Origin: Thermoplasmata archaeon
Lineage (GTDB): Archaea > Thermoplasmatota > Thermoplasmata > UBA10834
Reading direction: 5' to 3'
NCBI GenBank assembly: GCA_041559015.1
Contig: JBFFED010000005.1
Span: 2,577 to 66,576 of the forward strand
DNA: 64,000 nt
Position 1 is the first letter of the stretch. Each line of letters begins with the position of its first letter. This document shows, in pieces, positions 35,144 to 42,131 of this stretch. Below the pieces are notes generated by a model. The model saw nothing but the letters and a program-made list of their open reading frames with translations, did no database searches and was not told where the DNA came from. The translations under genes and the position numbers were made by a program.

Positions 35144-35599
35144 ATGAAGAAAACACTGGTCCTCGGAGTCGGGAACCCGATTCTGTCCGACGATGGAGTT
35201 GGCATACACGTCGCCAGGATACTCAAGGGAAGGAGGCTCCCGGGAGTCGTCGTCGAAGAGCTACCTGCAAGCGGGCTGGAGCTACTCGACATGGTGCTCG
35301 ATTTCGACAAGGTCGTGATTGTCGATGCCATCAAGACGAAGGGAGGTGTGCCTGGGGAGCACTACATGCTCGAGGAGGATGACTTCGAGAAGTCGGTCCA
35401 TGGCGCATCTCCTCATGGAATCAACATCGCTACGGCCATCGGGCTCGGCAGGAAGATAGTGCCTGAAAGGATGCCGAAAGAGGTCATCTTCATAGCCGTC
35501 GAGGCGGAAGACCTGCACAACCTCAGTGAGAAGCTCACGGACAGTGTCGAGGAGGCGCTGCCGAGAATTGTGAACAGGGTGGTTGAAGAGGTCTCGTGA
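35144..35599 (+). CDS. Hydrogenase maturation endopeptidase
   Basis: From ATG 35144: MKKTLVLGVGNPILSDDGVGIHV..., VIVDAI, HGASPHG. Directly downstream of mvhA. Confidence 0.85.
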   Translation: MKKTLVLGVGNPILSDDGVGIHVARILKGRRLPGVVVEELPASGLELLDMVLDFDKVVIVDAIKTKGGVPGEHYMLEEDDFEKSVHGASPHGINIATAIGLGRKIVPERMPKEVIFIAVEAEDLHNLSEKLTDSVEEALPRIVNRVVEEVS

Positions 35600-35607
35600 A
35601 GAGGAAT

Positions 35608-36663
35608 TCAGCAAATCCTCGGCACTGGATCTCCGACAGGTGGCTCGACAACTCTGTTGCCGCCGGTGTGTGTCTCCATCACCACACCTCTGATGTCCCC
35701 GACCGCCTCACCGATGATCCTGGCTTTCTTGCCTTCTGGGAAGGCCCTTATCGCCTTGAGCACTTCCCCCGCCAACGGGGATGCTACCGCGAGGATAACC
35801 TTGCCCTCGTTGCCTATCTCAAGCGGGTCGATCCCCAGCATCTCGCAGGCCGCAATCACCGGCTCATCCATCGGGATGTCCTCCTCACGAATCCTGAGGC
35901 CAACGTGTGACTTGTCCGCCCACTCGTTCAGAAGGTTCGAGAGGCCTCCGCGAGTCGGATCCTTCATTGAGCAAACACCCCCAGCCTTCAGAGCGGCAGA
36001 TATCATGTGATTCAGCGGAGCTGCGTCGCTCTCGACCGACGTCTCGAAGCCATAGCCCTCCCTGGATGACAGGATTGCCACTCCGTGGTTGCCTATAGGT
36101 CCTGATGCGATAAGGACATCCCCAGCTGCAACCGCGGAATCGTTCGGCCAGTTCCACTTGAAAGACCTGTGCTCCCTTATCCTGGCGATGTTGCTGTCAA
36201 GGTACTCGGAGCGCCTTCCTATGCCGCTCGTGTTGATGAATATACCGTCGGCCGCCTGCTTCTCGACCACCTTGGTATCCCCTGTCACCACCCTAACGCC
36301 CGCCTTCTTGGAGGTCGCGTTGATGCTCCGCATAATCTTGTGCAGGTCGTCGCTGGAGAACCCCTCCTGGATGATCATGGCGCATGAGAGCGCGGTGGGC
36401 GACGCACCCATCGCGGCGAGGTCGTTGACGGTCCCCGCCACACAAAGCGTGCCTATGTCCCCGCCTGGGAAGAATATCGGCTTCACCGTGTACGAATCCG
36501 TGGTGAACGCGATGCCGTCGACGATGGCAGCGTCGTCGAGCAACGAGAGTGGTATCTCCCCGAAGTCGTGATCCAGCTCCTTGAGGACGAACTCGCGGAT
36601 GAACTCCTGCATGCGTTCGCCCCCGGCCCCTTGGGCCATGGATATCTTAGCCATCAGCAGCAC
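35608..36663 (-). CDS. hypE: Hydrogenase maturation protein HypE
   Basis: 351 aa, PurM-like fold signatures, MAQGAGGE near the N-terminus and the diagnostic C-terminal PRIC. Convergent with the protease gene across an 8-bp gap. Confidence 0.92.
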   Translation of the reverse strand: MLLMAKISMAQGAGGERMQEFIREFVLKELDHDFGEIPLSLLDDAAIVDGIAFTTDSYTVKPIFFPGGDIGTLCVAGTVNDLAAMGASPTALSCAMIIQEGFSSDDLHKIMRSINATSKKAGVRVVTGDTKVVEKQAADGIFINTSGIGRRSEYLDSNIARIREHRSFKWNWPNDSAVAAGDVLIASGPIGNHGVAILSSREGYGFETSVESDAAPLNHMISAALKAGGVCSMKDPTRGGLSNLLNEWADKSHVGLRIREEDIPMDEPVIAACEMLGIDPLEIGNEGKVILAVASPLAGEVLKAIRAFPEGKKARIIGEAVGDIRGVVMETHTGGNRVVEPPVGDPVPRIC

Positions 36664-36690
36664 CAGGTCATCCCGCGTAGAGGCTGGCCG

Positions 36691-36697
36691 ATAATAA
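36691..36697 (-). promoter_or_regulatory. Candidate TATA element upstream of hypE
   Basis: TTATTAT on the minus strand, ~30 nt upstream of the GTG 36663 start and ~40 nt from ATG 36654, flanked by a TGGCCGA direct repeat. Confidence 0.3.
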
Positions 36698-36780
36698 CCT
36701 TTTTGGCCGACGCGCAGCCGATGGCCACGCTGCCAGGCCGGGATACGTTGAATACCTGAGAATGTCTTGCCCTTCCCGAC

Positions 36781-37392
36781 ATGCTGACCGGAGCCGTGCT
36801 CTCTGGCGGGACGAGCAACAGGATGGGCGAGGAGAAGGGCCTCGTGAAGCTCGGCGGGATCCCGATGGTATACTACGTCGCGAAGACCATGGAGCTCCTG
36901 GCGGACGAAGTCGTGGTAGCAGTGGCCCCAGGGATGGCCGAGCGGTACAGGCAGGTCCTAGGCGAAGAGAGGCGCATCGTTGAGGACAAAGAGGCCGCAG
37001 AAGGGCCGCTTGCGGGCCTTGTGACAATCCTCAGGGAGGCAAAGGGCGACTATGTAATGGTCAGCCCGTGCGACACACCTTTCGTGAGGCTTGACATATG
37101 TCAGGCGATAGTCATGTTCGCGAAGGGAAGGGACGCTGCCGTGCCCCGCGTCCGTGGGTATCTGGAACCGCTCCACAGCGCGTACAAGCGCCGGCACTGC
37201 CTCGCCGCGTTCGAGGAAGCGCTTGACGAGGGTATCAGGAAGGCCTCGGACGCATACAAACTGCTGCACATGGTGCACGTCGAGGAGGAGGACCTTCGCG
37301 CTCTCGACCCTCATCTCGAGAGCTTCTGGAACGTGAACACCTCCGAGGACCTGGAGGAGGCGGAGAGGCGGCTCAGGACGCATATCTTCTAG
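36781..37392 (+). CDS. mobA: Molybdenum cofactor guanylyltransferase
   Basis: 203 aa. N-terminal GAVLSGGTSNRMG...K nucleotide-binding signature, and SPCDTPF. Confidence 0.8.
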   Translation: MLTGAVLSGGTSNRMGEEKGLVKLGGIPMVYYVAKTMELLADEVVVAVAPGMAERYRQVLGEERRIVEDKEAAEGPLAGLVTILREAKGDYVMVSPCDTPFVRLDICQAIVMFAKGRDAAVPRVRGYLEPLHSAYKRRHCLAAFEEALDEGIRKASDAYKLLHMVHVEEEDLRALDPHLESFWNVNTSEDLEEAERRLRTHIF

Positions 37393-38069
37393 CGCCCGTT
37401 CTCCTCGTTGCCGCCGCTGATCCTCCCTTTGATTTCCCTGAGCCGGCCTCTGGCCGCCCCGACGTCGAAGGATTCCGCGAACTTCTCGGGCGGCGTGTGC
37501 TTGAACAGGTACTGCGTCGTCGTTGCGGCGACGAAGAAGCCTGCGAATCCGTCGAAGAGCATGTCCAGCATAGAGTCGTCGAGTGAGTACTGCATCAGGC
37601 TCCCGGTGAGTCCGTCTATGCCGAACTCCATGAGCTCCCACATGACTCCGAAGGCCATTGTGAACATTACTATGAAGAATGCGAGGAATGGCCTCGGGAG
37701 GTATATCGACTCGTAGTACCTGTCTATCGAGACTACGAACACCAGCCCGAGGGCCGCCACCAGCGACGCGGACATCGCATGCGTGAGATGGTCCCACCAC
37801 GATATGCGGTCGTAGAATCCATAGAACCCTCCCACGACGTGCAGGAACAACGCCAGGACTATCAGGAAGTTGAATTGGACTGGCAGGACGAGCTTGAAGT
37901 CCCTGGCAAGCAAGGATGGAACCGCGCTGACCAAGAGCGAGATGAACGCGGAGGGTATCCATGTGAGGTGGCCCGTCACTATACCCGCTAGACCGACCGC
38001 AAGCATCCCCGCCTGCATCGACCGCGAGAGGAGTTTCAGCTTCTCTTCGTCCGTCCGGTCACCTCCCAA
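37389..38069 (-). CDS. Integral membrane protein, unknown function
   Basis: 226 aa (TTG start; an internal ATG at 38018 is also possible), ~6 predicted TM helices, similar architecture to the adjacent upstream gene. Confidence 0.55.
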   Translation of the reverse strand: MGGDRTDEEKLKLLSRSMQAGMLAVGLAGIVTGHLTWIPSAFISLLVSAVPSLLARDFKLVLPVQFNFLIVLALFLHVVGGFYGFYDRISWWDHLTHAMSASLVAALGLVFVVSIDRYYESIYLPRPFLAFFIVMFTMAFGVMWELMEFGIDGLTGSLMQYSLDDSMLDMLFDGFAGFFVAATTTQYLFKHTPPEKFAESFDVGAARGRLREIKGRISGGNEENGR

Positions 38070-38707
38070 AGGTGTATGAACCCGAGCCTCTCCCTTCTCC
38101 CCTTCGACATGACCCTGATGTAGCCGTCATATACGAACCCCATGAACACTCCTCCTAGAAGGGCCCAAAGGAGGTTCACCATAGCATCAGAGTTGGATTC
38201 GAGCAGATTGGCTCCGTAGAGCTTCTGGTCAATCCACAGGCCCACCTGCCAGAATCCGGACGCCCCGAGGGTGAACAGCAAGACGAAGAGTATCGCGAAC
38301 GGCCGGTTCATCCTGACCTTGGTGTACATCTGCAGCTCCACGGTGAGCATGAAACCTATGGTCGTAAAGGAGAACGCGAATGCGATCGAGGTGAGATCCT
38401 TCCACCAGCCAATCTCCTCCATTAGCGGCCTTGAGCCCTCGGAGATGTGGAGCAGTATGGGCGCTGCCAGCAATAGCACCATCTCCCATGGCAGGGCCCG
38501 GAATGGGTTCCTCATCGATACTATCGGCAGCACGTAGAGCGATATCGCAGTAATCCCGAAGACAACCCACATCAAGTCCATGCGGACGGTCACATAGATG
38601 GTCGCGAAGAAGAGCACCAGACTGGCTATCCAGGACGCCTCCGCCTCGATGATCCTCCGCCTATCGGAGGGGATTATCGATTCCTTGCGTTTCTGGTCGC
38701 CAGACAT
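38036..38707 (-). CDS. Integral membrane protein, unknown function (paralogue-like)
   Basis: 223 aa, ~6 TM helices, with the WW(D/K)(H/D)LT motif shared with its neighbour (ISWWDHLTHA vs IGWWKDLTSI). Confidence 0.55.
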   Translation of the reverse strand: MSGDQKRKESIIPSDRRRIIEAEASWIASLVLFFATIYVTVRMDLMWVVFGITAISLYVLPIVSMRNPFRALPWEMVLLLAAPILLHISEGSRPLMEEIGWWKDLTSIAFAFSFTTIGFMLTVELQMYTKVRMNRPFAILFVLLFTLGASGFWQVGLWIDQKLYGANLLESNSDAMVNLLWALLGGVFMGFVYDGYIRVMSKGRRERLGFIHLWEVTGRTKRS

Positions 38708-38829
38708 CGCGCCACCCGATTATCGCCTGCAGACGAATCGAACCTATTAACGATTGCCCTCAGAGGGGCTGTCGACCGAGCATCTGATACATGGGAAGAT
38801 ATTTCTGAGGGTGCGCTTCTGACCAGTCC

Positions 38830-39390
38830 ATGGTGAAGATCAGTTACGTGGCGGACGACGGCACCGACATCGTGCTCAGAGAGCCGACCGCTGACGACGC
38901 CCGAGGGCTGATGGAGTTCATCAACTCGGTCATCGGAGAACGACTCTCCGGGATAGTCCTCGTCAAGGAACTGACATTGAAGGCCGAGAAGGCGTGGCTG
39001 GCCGGGGTCCTCAAGGATATAAGACGCGGGGAGGCGGTGATGCTCCTGGTGGAGTCCGATGGCAGGATCCTCGGCAACTGCCACGCGACCAGACGGGCCA
39101 TGAAACATGCCCACCGCGCCTCGATAGGGATCGCCCTCGTCAAGGAAGCCAGGGGGAAGGGAATCGGAGAGTTCGCGATGAGGGCTACCATAGACCTCGC
39201 CAGGAAGAGGATGAAAGGAGTGGAGTTCATCGACCTCTCGACTTTCGGATACAATAAGAGGGCCCAGAGGCTGTACATGAGACTCGGCTTCGTCAAGGTG
39301 GGGGAGATCCCGGACGCGGTCAGGGAAGGGGACCGATACTTCAGCGAGCACCTGATGGCCCTCGACCTCAAGAAGTGGGATGAGCGCTGA
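38830..39390 (+). CDS. GNAT family N-acetyltransferase
   Basis: 186 aa. Acetyl-CoA motif IALVKEARGKGIGEFAM and NKRAQRLYMRLGF. Confidence 0.8.
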   Translation: MVKISYVADDGTDIVLREPTADDARGLMEFINSVIGERLSGIVLVKELTLKAEKAWLAGVLKDIRRGEAVMLLVESDGRILGNCHATRRAMKHAHRASIGIALVKEARGKGIGEFAMRATIDLARKRMKGVEFIDLSTFGYNKRAQRLYMRLGFVKVGEIPDAVREGDRYFSEHLMALDLKKWDER

Positions 39391-39490
39391 GGGGGAGATT
39401 TGAACTCCCGAGGCGCGTGAGCGCCACGAGCTTGCTGGCTTCTTCGCAAAGGCTCCAGGCTCGCGCCTTACCGGTCTGGGCCACCTCAGC
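39385..39490 (-). tRNA. tRNA-Ser (anticodon GGA) with a 20-nt intron at the canonical 37/38 position
   Basis: Hand-folded. Acceptor GCTGAGG/CCTCAGC, anticodon stem CGAGC/GCTCG, loop CU-GGA-G[intron 39433..39452]A, long variable arm GGCGC-TCAC-GCGCC, T-arm GGGAG-TTCAAAT-CTCCC, discriminator G. 86 nt after splicing, no encoded CCA. Confidence 0.75.
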
Positions 39491-39514
39491 CTGAGTACCT
39501 CAAAAAGGGTGTTC

Positions 39515-39522
39515 ATATTTAA
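39515..39522 (-). promoter_or_regulatory. TATA box for tRNA-Ser
   Basis: TTAAATAT on the minus strand, centred ~28 nt upstream of the tRNA 5' end. Confidence 0.5.
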
Positions 39523-39550
39523 CAGTATCCGGCCCTGGCCAGCAGTCCCC

Positions 39551-40381
39551 TCAGTACCTCCGGCTAGACCTCAGGACATCGCCTATCTCGTCCAGTATCT
39601 CCGCCCTGGTGTCCCTCACGGTGGGTCGAAACCTTCGGGCGACATCGATATCGGAGAGATCGATCTCGGCATCGATGATCTCCTCCTCGAGCGGACCCCC
39701 CGATGCGATCTCCTCGCCCCTTGGACCATACACCACGCTCCCCCCGCCGAACACGAGGCTGCCGTGGACGCCCACCATGTTGCAGTACCCGAGATATATC
39801 GCATTTTCGACCGCCCGTCCTGGCATGACCTTCCTGAACGATGGTAGAGAGGTCGTGGGGGCCGCCGATATGTTCACCAAGAGCTGGGCCCCCAAGAGCG
39901 TCTCCAGCTTGGCTATCTCCGGGAAGAACATGTCATAGCAGACCGTGAGGCCGATCCTTGCATGCCTGCCTTCACCCACCACCACATCCTTCCCCTCAGC
40001 GAAGAAGACCCGTTCCTCGAAAGGGCCGAACGTCGGCAGGTACATCTTGTCGTACCTGAAAAGCCGGCCGTGCCCTGTCGCCAGCAGGCACGAGTTGTAG
40101 ACGAGACCGGGGACGCGCTCATCCTTCATCGGGCATCCGAACACGACATCCTTCCCGGTGTCCCTGGCGAGCTTCAGGACAGCTTTGATGGTGGGCCCGA
40201 CGACCGTCTCCGCCTGGCTGAACAGGTCGTCCCTTGGAATGTAACCAGTGAGATTAAGCTCGGGGAAGACCACTATCTTCCCCTTGGCCTTCTTGACGAT
40301 ACCCTTCATACGCCTCAGGTTGGCCGCCTTGTCGTGCAACTGGCATGTGACTTGGGCCAGGGTGACATGGACCTTGCTCAT
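39551..40381 (-). CDS. Carbon-nitrogen hydrolase (nitrilase superfamily) protein
   Basis: From ATG 40381: MSKVHVTLAQV..., catalytic-triad context VVFPELNLTGY (Glu), a conserved Lys region, and LTVCYDMFFPE (Cys). Confidence 0.8.
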   Translation of the reverse strand: MSKVHVTLAQVTCQLHDKAANLRRMKGIVKKAKGKIVVFPELNLTGYIPRDDLFSQAETVVGPTIKAVLKLARDTGKDVVFGCPMKDERVPGLVYNSCLLATGHGRLFRYDKMYLPTFGPFEERVFFAEGKDVVVGEGRHARIGLTVCYDMFFPEIAKLETLLGAQLLVNISAAPTTSLPSFRKVMPGRAVENAIYLGYCNMVGVHGSLVFGGGSVVYGPRGEEIASGGPLEEEIIDAEIDLSDIDVARRFRPTVRDTRAEILDEIGDVLRSSRRY

Positions 40382-40450
40382 AGGCACTCCGAGGACCTTC
40401 GGATAGATTAGGGTTTTCCCTCGGATCCGTGCTGGGGAGACACCATAACG

Positions 40451-40458
40451 GATATATC
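40451..40458 (+). promoter_or_regulatory. TATA box for nadE (leaderless transcript likely)
   Basis: GATATATC centred ~27 nt upstream of the nadE ATG at 40481. Confidence 0.45.
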
Positions 40459-40480
40459 CAGAGGGTGGCATTCAAGCACG

Positions 40481-41299
40481 ATGATACTGCCCAAGCTCAG
40501 GGAGGGCACAGAGAAGACCATAGAGAAGTTTCTCGCGGAGAAGCTGAGGAAGATTGGCGCCAAGGGTTTCGTGCTAGGTGTCAGCGGAGGCATTGACTCC
40601 GCCGTGTGTCTCAGATTGTGCGCGCGCGCAGTTGGCAAGGGTAGGGTCCTTGCCTTGCTGATGCCAGGGAAGGACTCCCCAAAGATGGACCTGCGGGACT
40701 CCAAGGATCTCTGTGGCCATGAGGGCGTGAAGTACAAGATCGTGGATATCACAGGTCCGGTCGAGGCGTATAAGAAGGCGATCAAAGGCCCGATGGACAA
40801 GAAGTCCCTCGCGAATATCAAGGCCAGGTGCAGGATGATTGCCCTCTACCATTACGCCAACACCGAGAGGAGGCTGGTAGCCGGCACGAGCAACAAGAGT
40901 GAGATACTGATCGGCTACTTCACGAAATTCGGGGATGGCGGCGCGGACCTCGAGCCGATAGGAGATCTTTACAAGACCGAGGTGCGACAGCTCGCGGGAA
41001 ACCTCGGCCTTCCGGACAGGATTATCAATAAGGTCCCCTCCGCTGGCCTTTGGAGAGGGCAGACGGATGAGGGTGAGATGGGCATCTCCTATGAGCGGCT
41101 CGACGCGATCCTGCTCGGCATAGAGCTCGGACTCGACGAGAGGAAGATTGCCAAGAGGGCGGAGACGGGCGTCAGGGAGGTCCAGAGGATTGCGAAGATG
41201 GTCAGGCTCTCCTCGCACAAGCGGAAGTTCCCACCGGCCGCGAAGATCGGGTTCAGGACGCCTGGACTCGACTGGCGCGAGGGTGACGAGGATGTCTGA
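40481..41299 (+). CDS. nadE: NAD+ synthetase, single-domain (NH3-dependent type)
   Basis: 272 aa. PP-loop GVSGGIDSAV, and YFTKFGDGGADLEPIGDLYKTEV. Confidence 0.9.
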   Translation: MILPKLREGTEKTIEKFLAEKLRKIGAKGFVLGVSGGIDSAVCLRLCARAVGKGRVLALLMPGKDSPKMDLRDSKDLCGHEGVKYKIVDITGPVEAYKKAIKGPMDKKSLANIKARCRMIALYHYANTERRLVAGTSNKSEILIGYFTKFGDGGADLEPIGDLYKTEVRQLAGNLGLPDRIINKVPSAGLWRGQTDEGEMGISYERLDAILLGIELGLDERKIAKRAETGVREVQRIAKMVRLSSHKRKFPPAAKIGFRTPGLDWREGDEDV

Positions 41300-41409
41300 A
41301 CTGCAGAATCCGCAAGGCGGCCCTGCTCCGCATCCTGCGATGGTTGCTGGCCAGGAGGGGTGACTGCCTGGGATGGGCGCCGTACCGTACGACCATGACC
41401 TCGCAAACG

Positions 41410-41418
41410 TTTATGTAA
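41410..41418 (+). promoter_or_regulatory. TATA box for tRNA-Glu
   Basis: TTTATGTAA centred ~33 nt upstream of the tRNA 5' end. Confidence 0.4.
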
Positions 41419-41446
41419 GCCCACCGGTTTCGCTGGATTCCTGAGG

Positions 41447-41548
41447 GCTCCCGTAGTGTAGTCCGGCCAATCATTCGAGCCTCTCGCGGCCGCTTTCAAG
41501 GCTGGCCGGGGAAAGCTCGATACCCGGGTTCAAATCCCGGCGGGAGCA
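41447..41548 (+). tRNA. tRNA-Glu (anticodon CUC) with a 27-nt intron at the canonical 37/38 position
   Basis: Hand-folded. Acceptor GCTCCCG/CGGGAGC, D-arm GTGTAGTCCGGCCAATCAT (typical archaeal Glu/Asp type), anticodon stem CGAGC/GCTCG, loop CU-CUC-G[intron 41487..41513]A, T-arm CCGGG-TTCAAAT-CCCGG, discriminator A. 75 nt after splicing. Confidence 0.8.
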
Positions 41549-41608
41549 CTTCTCCTCCGTTACTAAGATTCGACCATCCTGAGCTGTGGTGGCAAATCAG
41601 CATGAGAC

Positions 41609-41658
41609 GTGAATCCGCTCCGAGCTGCCGCATACGGATTCACAATCGGCGGATTCAC
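41609..41658. repeat. 9-bp inverted repeat GTGAATCCG/CGGATTCAC plus a third direct copy
   Basis: GTGAATCCG at 41609-41617, CGGATTCAC at 41635-41643 and again at 41650-41658. Lies between tRNA-Glu and the 3' end of the 87-aa minus-strand ORF. Confidence 0.5.
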
Positions 41659-41918
41659 TGTTTGGCTCCACTTCCCAATCTCCTCAAGACGCCCGGCCAG
41701 AAATCCGGATGATCGACCACCAGCTCGCTGAAGAAGGCGAATGGCAGAGACACGGCTGACGCGATTACAACGATTTGAATAGTGATTGTGTCTCCCGTCG
41801 CGAAGTATATCGCCATCAGGTCTTCCGAAATGCCCATCATGAGACCGACGATGAAGAACTCCGCAAAGCGGGTCAGTCTCTTCCTCGGTGCCCTAACAGT
41901 GACGTGTGTGCCTGTCAT
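41655..41918 (-). CDS. Small membrane protein, unknown function
   Basis: 87-aa ORF with two hydrophobic helices (FAEFFIVGLMMGI, IVVIASAVSLPFAFF). Confidence 0.45.
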   Translation of the reverse strand: MTGTHVTVRAPRKRLTRFAEFFIVGLMMGISEDLMAIYFATGDTITIQIVVIASAVSLPFAFFSELVVDHPDFWPGVLRRLGSGAKQ

Positions 41919-42131
41919 CCGATGACCTCTACTGGGAGATGTGTCTCTTCATGGATAGACTTTCATGTAGGATGGGCTTCAGTCCTGATACGATTGGATC
42001 GGGCGCCCGCGCCGAGCACGCACCAACAACATTTTCGCTAACACCCAATGAGACAACGGTCCAGCTCTGAATCTGCTCGCGCAGGAGATGGCTCTCCCTT
42101 CAGGGACGCCGGTAGAGCACGCATTCTAGCG

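Noticed and set aside
40389-40402. Apparent palindrome CCGAGGACCTTCGG in the nitrilase/nadE spacer.
   Set aside because: It is not a true inverted repeat, because the halves do not pair perfectly, and the loop would be too small for a hairpin.
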